A DNA stretch of 64,000 nt from Octopus vulgaris (lineage: Eukaryota): positions 31,930,001-31,994,000 of the forward strand of contig OX597828.1 in NCBI GenBank assembly GCA_951406725.2. The letters run 5' to 3'. The position numbers and the translations under genes were made by a program. The notes beneath the pieces were generated by a model. That model was not told where the DNA came from. It did not search any database and worked only from the letters and a program-made list of their open reading frames with translations. Below are positions 17,061 through 29,899 of this stretch, one piece after another (the stretch's first letter is position 1; each line of letters starts with the position of its first letter).

Positions 17061-17599
17061 GTTTGCATTATTCTGATATGCTCGTCAAATTTGAAGTCTT
17101 CAGTGTATCTATTTCATATCATACTACATGAGTTTTTCTAAATTTTTCAATCTGTTGTTGGTGTTTCAAACGCATAGGAAATATATTCGCTGCTGCGTTT
17201 AAAGACACTTCTTCCGGCACCACATTCTTAAAATGTATGCATATTTTTTTTTTTTACATTTATAAGAGCCTTTGCTTACGTTTTAGATAAAAGTGGAGGT
17301 GTTTAAAAATTCCAACACCCGTTGTTAGTAAAATGTTTAAGAAAAAGTACCAAGTAATCCTACAAGCGGTTCTCCATGAAACGTGACTGTTCTCAGAAAA
17401 TAAATGATAATAAAAAGAACCAAACATAATAATATCAACATTAATAGGAAGAAATAATAATAATGATAATATTAATAATAATATCAATAATAACGATGAA
17501 GATAATAAAAATAATGATAGTAAAGATAATTGTTTCTTTTATTTGCCACCATGGCGATGGATGATGGGAACAATACAAAGACAGGCATGAATAAGAACC

Positions 17600-17670
17600 A
17601 CCACCACAACAACAGCAACAATAATAATAATAATAGTAATAACAACGACAACAACAACAGCAACAACAAC

Positions 17671-17744
<74 letters not shown>

Positions 17745-17770
17745 TAATAATAATAATAATAATAATAATA
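17600..17770. repeat. (AAC)/(AAT)n microsatellite
   Basis: Direct inspection. Confidence 0.97.
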
Positions 17771-18466
17771 CCAATATTCTTATACCATGCACCTTAATTG
17801 AAAAGATCAAGATATTTAAACTAAGAATTTTGAAAAAAAATATTGCAAATTCTTGAGGAACTATTGAAGACGAGGGCGGAATAAACTAGATTCCATCGCT
17901 CCATCGCGCTGTGAATCTTTCAGGTTTTGATTCAATTTGAAAAATAGCCTGGAGAAGTCGATATTCCATTTCAATTTCCCTTTGTTCTTTAGCATGTATT
18001 CTATTGTCTCAGTATAAAGTTTCACGGTATTCTTGCTAACACTCCTCTTATTGCAGTTGTTGTGTTCTTGACTGTTGCTGCTGTTGTTATGGTTATAGTC
18101 AGTGCAGTTCCTGACAATGATGCTGTTGCGTTTGCTGACGTTATATAGGAAATGGTAGTCATGCGAAATCAAAGCTTGTATTCTAATTTTGTTGTCTAAT
18201 TGAAATGTGTTGTTGTTATATTTATTTCATATATTTCTTTTTTATTTCATTAAATCGTTATTCCCCATTTTCTTTTATCTGATATCATACCTAATTTAGA
18301 AAGATTGGATTTTGCTTTCAAAACAATCAGAAGAGAATATGATATTATTTTACGATTGCGTTTATGGACGCATTCACAATTAAATTTACCTAAGCGTATG
18401 GGAAGACATCGGATTTGCTTTATCTACGTGTGTGCATGCATATGATACATACACACACACACACAC

Positions 18467-18553
<87 letters not shown>

Positions 18554-20377
18554 CAGAGAAAGAGAGATTGAAAGATATGTCAAGCAGGTAGTATAAGGAT
18601 GTATATATTGATAGATTAATATATATTGAGGTACATAGATTAAAACACACGTATATAACCTCATCTACATTGTGCAAAATTTTAAGTCATAGAATATTAA
18701 TGTTCGTCTACAGTAGGAGAGAAATAGTATATACATTAGCGCATGAACAATATGGCGGTTTATATATATTATATTGGTGCAAAGATTTATACGCAAATGT
18801 AAACGCGAATGACATGTATAGTGTATTAGGCTACAGAAGGCCTGAAGATGTGGTTGGTGTCGTTTTACCAATAAATGTATTTTGTTGTAATAAGTGCATA
18901 TTTGTTTCAGAGGGAAATTCTAATCCTATTATGTAATGCACTAATGTCATTGTTAACGTTTGATATTCGATCGGGCATCATTAGACATTAGAATTGTAAA
19001 TAATTCTGCTTGGTTTCTATTGATGCATTTTAATGTGAAAGCGCAAAATATCTAAATGCCATATCCATACTCCTATTCACTGGTGCAGTGTGCAAGATCT
19101 AGCTTCTAAGCTGCAGCTGGTCATATTAAGCTAACTCCTACACGTAGATACTTCTTTGGTAATTATAAAGCAAGTTAAAATTTGCTTTGTGGAATAAAAG
19201 TGGAATAACGGTAAATGCGTTGTTTGGATGCTAAAAGCTGGTATATTAATACGAGATAGTGTTGTCAGAACAGCAGGTGTCTAAAGCTAAATCATTATAA
19301 AATGAATAATACTAGACTAGTACAAACGGATGACTATGTAGATGACAAATCTCGCTACAGATATGTATGCATAAATGTGAAGGCATATATGAATCTATCT
19401 ATCTCTATAGATATTTAAAATAATAAGGGTAAAAATTTGAATATTCATTTGGTTAATAATAATTTAAACCAATGGTCTAGCATATAGAAAAGACTGAAGA
19501 TTCAGGAAAATAGTATTACATACATATAACAAGTCATCCCTCTTATATGTATGTAATATCTATATAGTTAGATATATACAGGGAGAAATTCCAACATGCA
19601 TACAATACATGTATGTTTGTGTGCCACTTTATAAATCTGTGCCTGTGTTTGCGTTTGCATGCTCTTATCTGTGCCTTCTTCTCTATGTCTATGTCAAATC
19701 AACTAACAAACTTTTGTTTTAATGTTCAGTTAATGTGTCAAAAGATGAAATATAATGAAGTGATATTGTGTTGCCTGTAAGTGATTTAGTCGAATTTGTT
19801 GTTCACAGAAAATTGTGATCAAGTGTTAGAATTATGATTTAAGACTTCCATAAACAAACGTTTCAAATCGTCCACCAGAAGATATAAATTATATAAGATA
19901 AAATATATATCCAATGTCGAAATAAAAAAAAAAGCAATGTAACCAAAACTAAATAGGGTATGTAATGCCAATGAAGTACAACAAAATGTACTTAGAATAT
20001 TGTGTAATGTAAAATTATAACGTTTTGGAAAATTCTTCATTCAATTCTAAATCTTCGCCACCTATATGCTTTACGTGCAATTTTCTGTGATGGTTAGGCA
20101 ATAGTTATTCTAGATAAGATTTGAAATAGAGAGTGAAGTGGAGGAATGAAAATAGACGTGAGATATTCAGGGATATTGAATATGTAGATCCATTATTTAC
20201 GTACAATGGTATAGATATAAGATTCCAGTACGTTGTGAGTAAGTTCCAATAGTATTTAAAATTGGTCATTCCATGTATAGACTTTGTATTCGGTGTTATT
20301 GAATCCAAGGTTTTATTTAAAATCAAGGGTTTTATTTAAAATGACTTAAAAAGTGACATTTAGAACATTTATAAATT

Positions 20378-20427
20378 GGTCTTACGGCTATATCCGGGAT
20401 ATCGTATATATCCCTTCATCGGAGACC
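20378..20427 (-). ncRNA. Decayed type I hammerhead-like motif
   Basis: Minus strand GGTCT-CCGATGA-A GGGATAT atacg ATATCCC G-GATA-TAGCCG-TA-AGACC. Helices I and II are perfect; GAAA is mutated to GATA. Confidence 0.6.
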
Positions 20428-20947
20428 GTGTGAGAAAATGGTTTGGCAATAGTTATTCTAGATAAGATTTGAAGTAGAGAGTGAAGTGGAAGAATGCAAA
20501 TAGACGTGAGATATGCAGGGATATTGCATCTGTAGATCCATTATTTAGGTAGAATTGTATACATATAAGATTCCGGTACCTTGTGAGTAAGTTCCAATAG
20601 TATTTAAAATTGGTAATTCCAAGTATAGGCTTTGTACTCGGTGTTATTGAATGAAGGGTTTTATTTAAGTCATCTTTTAAGTCACTTTAAATAAAAACCC
20701 ACACCTTTAAATAAAACCCTCGATTGAATAACACAGTATACAAAGTTTATATTTGGAATGACAAATTTTAAATACTATTGGAAATTACTCACAAGATACT
20801 GGAATCTTATATCTATACCATTGTACCTAAATAATGGATCTACAGATGCAATATCCCTGAATATCTCACGTCTATTTTCATTCCTCCACTTCACTCTCTA
20901 TTTCATAACTTATCTAGAATAACTATTGCTTAACAATTTTCTCACAC

Positions 20948-20997
20948 CGTCCCCGATGAAGGGATATAGAAAATATGCCGGAAACAGCTGTAAGACC
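20948..20997 (+). ncRNA. Type I hammerhead-like motif, CCGAUGA variant, palindromic helix III
   Basis: cGTCc-CCGATGA-A GGGATAT agaaa ATATgCC G-GAAA-CAGCTG-TA-aGACc. Helix I is partly eroded. Confidence 0.65.
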
Positions 20998-21062
20998 TTG
21001 GTATAAATGTTCTAAAATCTTTCACAGCCTTGGATTTTTATCGCATTCTGAAAATTTATATA

Positions 21063-21099
<37 letters not shown>

Positions 21100-21899
21100 T
21101 TTGTATTGAATTTCAGACTGCGCTATCTTTTCATATTTCGCTTTGATATGACTTATTATGACCTCCGTTGAAAATATTTAAAAGATGTGAGAAATTCAAT
21201 GAATATTGATTCTGTTTTCATGTAATTATTTTATATTGTTTTCTTTTGCGTTTTGTATATAAGTACAAACATTGCATTGCCGTCTACATCGGGCGCAATA
21301 TATTTTCTATACAAAATAATCTACATGCACGACATTATCTTCGCCCAGTAATTTTTACAATTCTCTGAACACAATTTTATGTTATTTACAATGGAAGAAG
21401 TGTTGCCCGATGAATTTTGTGTAGGGTCAGCATGATTAATGTTTTGAATCCAATCTCAATTGGGAAACATGACCAAAATTCCTGCAATACATTGGGATGC
21501 GTTCAATATAAATAAATTCCACTATATGGTAGTTGTAGCCATGTCACAAGACTAAACATTGGCATGCATTCGTTAGACTAATGCAGAACGCATCCAATTC
21601 TATATTATAATCTTATATAACTCGTATTCTCACCAAATATCATAACAGAACAATTTCTGCGCAAACCTCACATAATCATAAACACTAAGACAACACATAC
21701 AAAAAGTAGTTACTATTTAAAATTTCTAATCTCTGAAAGCAGACATTGCACATAGCAATAAGGCGATAAAACTAAAAGAAAACAACTACTCTCGCCCCTC
21801 CACGCACACACACACAAACACTGTAGAAGTGACTTACCAACAAATTTCTGTTCTCTCAAAACATAATGTTCCACACACACCATCACCACAATGACAATG

Positions 21900-22150
21900 A
21901 TATCTTCGTATTTTCGACGTCTACGATACTGTTATCAACAACAACCGGGAAACGATGCGGGTGGAAGTATCTGTCCCAACTGATTGCAAAATATCGGAAA
22001 AACAGACGTAGAAAATAGCAACATACAAAGATATGGAAATTGAGATATGCAGGAACTTGGGATTTAACACAGAAACAATTACTATAATGACACATGCTTT
22101 GGGAATGATAAAAAGGTTTCAGATAAATAAATAACAAAAATACCCAGGAC
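21900..22150 (+). mobile_element. Old R4/Dong-type RLE remnant
   Basis: 'acaaagatatggaaattgag..acagaaacaatt..tgctttgggaatgataaaaa..tcagataaat..aacaaaaatacccaggac' aligns by eye to the reverse complement of 28790-28925. Confidence 0.75.
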
Positions 22151-22340
22151 ATACACACACATACACACAACAACTAATATTTGCGATAATATAGTTTGCA
22201 CGTATGTAAAGAATACACAATAGCAGACAAATACGAAAATACAATATACAACAGAACGCAGCAACTACTTGAAGCAGAGCTGCATCCATTTTTGTAGTAG
22301 AAGTACAATCGCAAAATAGGCGACTACCAAAACACTGCTG

Positions 22341-22373
<33 letters not shown>

Positions 22374-22579
22374 ATACTACTCATAGTGCGTACGATTGTT
22401 CTGTATTCAAAATCAATATCAGGTCACAACTTTTTCCTTAAACATCGACGACCTTTTCTTACAAACCGGTGCATTTTCCCACTAGAGCAGATTTCTCAAT
22501 TGGAACTCTCGTAGTTACAGCAATTCGAATAAGGTAAATATTGAGTAGGAAAACTATGATGACTTGTATAACTTTTTTG

Positions 22580-23430
22580 TTTTAGAAAACCCTCAACTGT
22601 GTTCGTATTCCCCTAGCTAAATCCTGGTATTTTCTTATTTTCTACAGTACTTTGTTACGTCCATGACAGCATATACAACCACATCTATGATGACATATTC
22701 ATTTTCCCTTCTTGTCCAAATCGATAATATCCGGTTGTCTTACATGAAGATCGTGATCACTGTATATTAAAGTTCTATAAGACTTAAAAAAAGACTCCGC
22801 CGGTTACGACGACGAGGTTCCCAGCTGATACGATCAACGGAACAGCTTGCTCGTGAAATTAACGTGCAAATGGCTGAGCATTCCACAGACACGTGTACCC
22901 TTAACGTAGTTCTCGGGGATAATCAGCGTGACACAGAGAGTGACAAGGCTGACCATTTGAAATACAAGTACAACTCATTTTTGCCAGCTGAGTGAACTGG
23001 AGCAACGTGAAATAAAGTGTCTTGCTCAAGGACACAACGCGTCGCCGGGAATCGAACTCACAACCTTACGATCATGAGCCGAATGCCCTAACCACTAAGC
23101 CACGCGCCCTCACTCTATAAGACTTAATGATTGTTGTTATCTACAACACTTTCTGGTTGATACTGATACCATGTTGTTACTACTTTAAATTATCTTTCTC
23201 GAACTAGTCCTAGGCCAGTGCCTTGGCCACATAGTAGTGTCTTCATCCATACTCCTTCTGTGCCAAAGAACTACAAGAAGTTAATGTATGCATAACATAG
23301 TCCACTTCCTCATTAACTACTCTGCAATTTGTACTTACGGTGGATTTCTTTATTTTTGTCTTGATAATTCTTCGAGCAGCCATTATGAGTCCTCTCGGTT
23401 CTTTCTTAAGGTCTCCATTCTTCAGCCATA
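22580..23430 (-). mobile_element. Old R4/Dong-type RLE remnant interrupted by a SINE
   Basis: Minus-strand fragments NGDLKKE..GLIMAA, RH..VAK.L, and DH....QPDI; continuous across the SINE TSD. Confidence 0.65.
22788..23113 (-). mobile_element. Young full-length tRNA-derived SINE, family C, with 14-bp TSD
   Basis: Minus strand A box TGGCTTAGTGG, B box GTTCGATTCCC, then 'tgtgtccttgagcaagacactt'. TSD TCTATAAGACTTAA at 22774-22787 and 23114-23127. Confidence 0.93.
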
Positions 23431-24802
23431 ACGAAGACTCCTCTGCATTGAAGTCCTGCGTTTCTCTGAAATCTTGACAGTGTCAATGTTTTTTCCGGAA
23501 GATATTAACCGATCTTTTGTTTCTATCGCACATATTCGAAATATTACTTCTCTGTCGGTAATCATACTTGAAGATGGACTACTTCTTGCTAATCCTAACA
23601 AGAAGCAAGTCAAAAACGCACTGACGCAAAACACATACACATACACACACAGCTCACATTCACATAGACATATATGAATATATAAAATTTATCTTAGCTT
23701 TTGTATGCATACATATGAAGGTGCATATATACTTATGCATATGTGTACATGTACACAAACAAACACACATATAACTCTATCATTTTACTTTTGCAGTTGA
23801 TGTCATATACACGTTTACTTTCAATACAAAAAGAAAACTGTCTAAATTTAATTAATATCTTTCTAAATATATTAATACCTGTTTTTTTTTCTTTCTAATT
23901 GCAGGTATGATTCACGTTTTACTCTGAACAAATGGATACCTTGCTGTGCCAGGTTTTTTTCTTCTGTTCCTAATATTTCGGATTATTTCGGGATCGTATG
24001 ACAAAATACTGAAGGAAGAAACACCACAATATGCAGATAACATCAATTTGAAAATATGCAGTACTTATTATTAGATTACACCTTCTAATGAAACCCTATT
24101 CTGTACGGGAAGATGTGGCTATATGTTGAAGCATATTAATTTTTTTGTTTCTCTAAATTGCTATGCATGTGTGAGTAAGGTAGTATATGTGTTTGCGTGT
24201 GTGAGCTTCTCAGTGTTCGTGTGTCTCTGTGTTTCTCAGTGAATGTATGCTGTGGAATTGTGTTTGTTTCATTGTTTAAGAGGGCATCTAACTACGGGTG
24301 GATGAGTGTATGTTTGCATAATTTGCCTGACTCATTCTCGTTGAAACTGTAATGTATGTAGAAAGTTGACGAACGCATTTCTCATGTTCGACTCTTGAAG
24401 GATTAATGCAAAATTAGCCTATACAGCGCACATCATCACATATACATATATATATATGATTATATTAGCATATATACATATGGGTTGATGTGTATATATA
24501 GTGAGAAGAAAAGAATTTAGGATCACCTTGAAAACATTGTTTACGTGTATTTTAAGATGTATAAATTTCAATGTTATTACTTATTTCTAAATGTGCTGAC
24601 AATTGTCGGCTTTCTAAAATTAAAGATGTGATTTTCATAATCCGTAGTATTTTTGTTATGTGCGTGTGTGTTTGTGTAGGTGTGTATAGAGAAATATTTA
24701 TAGTCAGATTGAAATATATAGAAAGATATATATGCATATACCTGAATGTTTGTAAATGCATGTGTACATGGGTGACGCGATATTTGTATATAAATATATG
24801 CA

Positions 24803-24839
<37 letters not shown>

Positions 24840-25638
24840 GTATGTACCCACCTGTATACATAGCTCTGTATATACACATATATATATAGATATATATAAA
24901 TATTTGTATATATAATATTGATTTACTTTGATGTATAATTGTATAATGCTAGCGCTATACATGCATACACAAACACGCAAATGCAAATAAACACTCATAC
25001 ACACGTACGCACACGCGCATACACACACTCTAATGCGTGTATATATTTATACATACATACACACATTAAAGAATTGAACAAATTTTCCCGTGACATACAT
25101 TAAAATCTTCATTAAACATTTCATAATACATTCTTATCTATATTGTAAGTTTACTGCAGGTCCCATTCCCTCTTTCTTAATTGAACATAATGAAGTGAGA
25201 TCTGACTATCAGCAAGTCTTCGCCATTTTCTACACCGTATTATTTGTGACTTTGGAATAGATAATGCAACACATGACTATCACGTGACGGTATCTCATAC
25301 TGAGTGTTATTCATAAAATGTCCGGAAAAATTCAATCGATAATTACAAGGCATTCATTGCACATTTAGTCATTATGTTTATTCAGATGTGGCATATTAAG
25401 ATGGACATGTCATGAACCGAAGGCTTCCTAAGGAAATTATTATTTTACTATAACAAATATACACGCGACGTTCTACTATATCTCATGGTTACGTATTAGG
25501 TTTCTATGGAAATAGAATTTTCTATCAACTCACTCTGCTTACATTTAATCTTTCTCTCTATTTCTTCCTTTGTTTTTGACTGTTTCATTATCTTCTCTAG
25601 AATGGCAAAAGAACTGCGCATCGCCACCACTATTATTA

Positions 25639-25691
<53 letters not shown>

Positions 25692-26229
25692 ACTGCTGTT
25701 TTAGCTGGTGTTATTTTAGCTATTTTGCTGTGGGTGTTCTCGTTTTCTTAATAAGATAATTAATGCCGATCTTGATTTTTATCATCATTATAAAAGCAAA
25801 ATCTGTGAAAGAGTCTGGTAATATTGTCATTGTTAAACGAGCGTATACTAACTGTGCGTCTGCAAGATTCTGACAAGAATGAACGGAACGAATTTGCTTT
25901 TGACATGACTGAATAATCTGGTATTGCATGAAAGGAAATCTGCCATAGATTTACGAAGCATTATTTTAATAAATTAGTTTTTTTATTACTTATAATATTT
26001 CTTGATAGATTGAACCATCCATGCGGATATTTTCTTTAAAGTTAGACTTACAAGTCGCTGAAAATTTCGTGTTTTATTTTCATGCTAAATGGTTTATAGT
26101 TTTCCTTTGTCTTCTAGTGCCTGTTTACCTTGTTTATCTTGTCAAAAAAAGTTTTTTTTCCTTACAACATGAACATTCACAACACCGTTGTTGTTGTTAT
26201 TCTGTTTCGTAATTTATTAGTTAACAATG

Positions 26230-28400
26230 ATGCTGTTTGAGATTATGTGACAGCATCGTGCCGCCAATGGGAGTTTCAATTCCAGTCTCTTTCAATATTG
26301 AAATTGGTGTCACTTTGGGTGTCGTACTAACCGCTCCGGTTACCCGAAGAATAATTGTTGTCTTTGTGTTCCGCAGTTCCCTCATCCCTCTGATGAGATC
26401 CTAATATTTCTCAATTTTTTTCAGTTTCTTCTGTATCGACTGTAAAATATTAGGGAATTGCAAAATCTATCATCCTACACTATCCTTTTTCTCTTCTATG
26501 ATCGTATACGTTCTTCTTGCCTCAACCGTATGGCCAGTCTTTAAGAGGAAATCCCACAAGCTTTTTACTTTTCATTTTCTATCGCAGCCTCCGGTTTGTG
26601 TGCATACCCCTTTTTGTTGTTTTGAAGCCATACACACGGCTACCATCCCGATGTACTCTCTTTGTCTACACTCATGTTTATTTTCCTTTTCTGCTAATGT
26701 ACGGCATTCAATGAAACTGATTGATACTTTCGTCTCCTTTCCTGCGGGGTCTATATTTGTTGACTGACTGAATATTGTCAATCTTTGCCTTATCAGATTT
26801 GTGTTCAGAAGCTATAATTAGCCTCTCTGCCTTTTGTTTAATTCTTCTGGCTGTCAGCCAGAGCCAGCAATCTTTACTTCCAACATTCTTGATTTGTTGC
26901 ATGGAATAGTTATGTAGTTTCATTTTTTTCCATTTGTTCCTTCTTTTGCCCTTGTTTGTCTCTGAATTCTCCTTCCTCTCTTCGTTCTGCACATTATAAT
27001 CTTTGGCACATAGTTTCGCAGTATCACCATTGACGTCTGCGTTTAGTAATCCTCCGCGACATGCTGCAAATAGTTTGCTAATGATTCTTACCAGATTTAA
27101 ACCATTTGTCGCTTACGAGAGTCAATTTCATCCCCTCTGTTGCAAGAGTCCCTTTCTGGAATTCATATTTGTATCTGGATAATGCTTGGTAAGCGAATTA
27201 TACAAACATTATGCACGGGACCCGCTCCTATGTTAAAAACTAAATTTTGAAGATGCACATTCAAATTCATCGTCATAATTCCTTAGGTTTCATAGGAGGT
27301 TAGCTGCATCATATCCTTTTTTTATGCCTGGGTTCCGTGTTCCACATTTCTGCTTGGTATATAATTTAACATTTTTTGAATGAGTCATTAAATTTCATGC
27401 CGATCCGTATTACAAAACATATTTTCATCTTCTCATCAACGAAGGCAACGAAAGATTTCATGTGTTTGTGTCTAACTTGAACTGTGTAACAAACCACCTC
27501 ATTTCAACGTATTATCTGCAAAATTTCCAGTTAACTATTTCAGAAATCTACTCAGCTCCATGCATTTGATATTTGCTGTATGCTTTCTCTTACAATATAG
27601 CCATATTATTTTTTGTATCACCGAATAATCTACCTTTGGGTGAACATCATTTATGATTTATCCTTATCTTGGTTCAATCTTACAATAGGGATTTATCCCT
27701 TGTTTTTCAAAGCATTCCATCGGTCTTTGTCTTCAATAGCTTTTTGCAAAACACCTATCTTTGTCATGAAAATAAATGAAAGAAATTTCCTTTAAATTTT
27801 TATTGTTTTTTCTACACTAACTTGTTTGTTTTTTAATACTGTGTGTAATCTTTAAATATCCTTTGAGTTAATATCCCCTTCAGGAAAATCCTTTTATATC
27901 TAAAGAGAAAACTGGACTTGTTTCTCTTTTCTTCTGCTCCTTCTTCAACTAACTTCAATCGGTTTCATGTGTTGTTTTATACTACAAACATTCTACAATC
28001 GACTGCAAATGGATGCATCTGTGCATTGGGAGCTAACTCTCCGTCCTTCAGTTTAAATGATTTAAGTCATCCTTGCATGTATAGGGATTACTGTTGCAGA
28101 CACTATTTGTGACACTGCCTACAAATCGAAGGCCTGTAAACATCTCAGGCCCGTACATTGTATTTACAATTTAATTTATCTCCCAAACGATTTCCTTCTG
28201 TTCTATAATTTCACTTTTATCACTTTGTATTATTCCAGCATGCACATATTTGTGTACATCTAAAGTTAACTATTCTTAACATCATGCATATTCATGCTGC
28301 TAAACTTTTATGATTTTGTTTGAAAAGTACTCTGTGAGATTTTTTATAATTCATTCCATTCAGATATCACTGGAAACCATCTCATTCTCCAAGCTTCTAT
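26230..28400 (-). mobile_element. Heavily decayed R4/Dong-type LINE (RT to RLE)
   Basis: Minus strand LWDFLLKTGHTVEARR..MIDFAIP and WLWLT..IKQKAERLIIASE; weaker HPK and KG.F.GD-like traces upstream. The upstream boundary is uncertain. Confidence 0.6.
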
Positions 28401-28527
28401 AAAATAAAGCGCCAATCAAGCTATAGAGTTGACTGCAACTCTTTTCAAAATTTTAGGCCTTCTACCAGATCAAAAAACATTTTTATCATCATCACCCTCG
28501 TCGTCGTCGTCGTCGTTGTAGTTGTTG

Positions 28528-28618
<91 letters not shown>

Positions 28619-28622
<4 letters not shown>

Positions 28623-29236
28623 TAGTTTTATTTTTATAGCGTGCTTTCACTTCACTACCGAGCACAGCTCTGTGTGCCTTGGGTATGTGCTGTGATTTGT
28701 TGTGATGCTCTGATGGTTATTGTATGGAAAGTGTTCTGCGTAGGATGTGTGCAGTGCCTAGTAGTGCAATTTTCTGTATGTTATATGTGTTTGTAAGTCC
28801 TGGTGTTTTTGTTATGTATTTGTCTGAATATTTTTTTATCATGCCTAATGCACCTACTATGATAGGAATTGTTTCTGTTTTCAGATTCCACATTCTAGTT
28901 ACCTCTATTTCCAGGTCTTTGTATTTTGAGAGTTTCTCCATTTCTTTTAGAGACACGTTGTCATCAGCCGGTATTGATACATCAATTAGAAAGCATTTTT
29001 TTCTTCATGATCTCTGACAACTATATCTGGTCTGTTGGCCTTAATTTCTCTATCTGTATGTATCGGCATATCCCAGAGTATGGTTGCTTTCTCGTTTTCT
29101 GTGACCTTTTCTGCTGTGTGCCTATACCATCTTTTTTCTGTTGTTATTCCATAATGTTGGCATAGCTTCCAATGTATGTAGGTTCCAACTCTGTCATGTC
29201 TGTGAATATATTCCTTCTTAGCCAAGACTGGGCAGC

Positions 29237-29237
<1 letters not shown>
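28619..29237 (-). mobile_element. Relatively young 5'-truncated R4/Dong-type LINE (RLE domain plus 3' UTR) embedded in (TAA)n
   Basis: LAKKEYIHRHDRVGTYIHWKLC..ILWDMPIHTDREIKANRPDIVV, one frameshift, then EKLSKYKDLEIEVTRMWNLKTETIPIIVGALG..QKIALLGTAHILRRTL*. (TTA)n on both sides. Confidence 0.93.
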
Positions 29238-29329
<92 letters not shown>

Positions 29330-29332
29330 CAT

Positions 29333-29433
29333 TCAGTAGTTTTATTTTTATAACGTGCTTTCACTTCACAACCGAGTGCAGCTCTGTATGCCTTGGGTAT
29401 ATGCTGTGGTTTGCCGTGATGCTCTTACGGTTA
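29333..29433 (-). mobile_element. Second copy of the same LINE 3' UTR
   Basis: 'tcagtagttttatttttata.cgtgctttcacttcac.accgag..cagctctgt.tgccttgggtat' duplicates 28619-28716. Confidence 0.9.
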
Positions 29434-29620
29434 GACTCTCGGAGAGGTCTTAATTATAGGTTGTTATTTACTTGAAAGAATGCTATAACAAATCAACAAA
29501 GGTTTCAAGTAGTGCCTTCTCCTGTCATTCAAAGAAACAATACAATATGGTTTATACTTTCTCCCTTCTCAGAGCTCATCCTACACTGTGGCGAGTCAGT
29601 GATTTTATCAGTATGATATT

Positions 29621-29845
29621 AGGTGAGCTGGCAGAACCGTTAGCACGCCGGGCTAAAAGCTTAGAGGTATTTCGTCTGCCGTTACGTTTTGAGCTCAAAT
29701 TCCGCCGAGATCGGCTTTGTCATTCATCATTTCGGGGTCGATTAAATAAGTACCAGTTATGCACTGAAGTCGATTTAATTGGCCTTATCCATTTGCCTGT
29801 CCAATATTGCCCCCTCTACGTTTAGTCCCTTCTGGGGAAGAAAGA
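29621..29845 (+). mobile_element. SINE family A
   Basis: 'ggtgagctggcagaaccgttagcacgccggg..tcaaattccgccgag..ttcatcatttcggggtcgattaaataagtaccag'. Confidence 0.9.
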
Positions 29846-29899
29846 CATCCGTTTGATATTTGGAGTAGTTTGTTCTGAGAGCTCGCCCTTGATCGCTGG

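Larger units (their letters stand above)
20091..21057. mobile_element. Penelope-like pseudo-LTR array: two tandem minus-strand units plus one inverted plus-strand unit
   Basis: 'ggcaatagttattctagataagatttgaa' occurs at 20097 and 20445 (348-bp period). 20706-21017 is the reverse complement of 20359-20668. Hammerhead-like motif in two units; ends in (TA)n. Confidence 0.8.

Noticed and set aside
21400-21600. CCGATGA...GAAACATG string and short inverted repeats (ggatgcgttc/gaacgcatcc)
   Set aside because: No UH site or helix I; the inverted repeats are short and widely spaced.
23040-23113. tRNA gene
   Set aside because: A and B boxes belong to a SINE head that continues into SINE body and is bounded by a TSD; the same applies to 43810-43886.
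26385-26420. CTGATGA box
   Set aside because: It lies inside LINE coding remnant with no correctly placed GAAA or helices.
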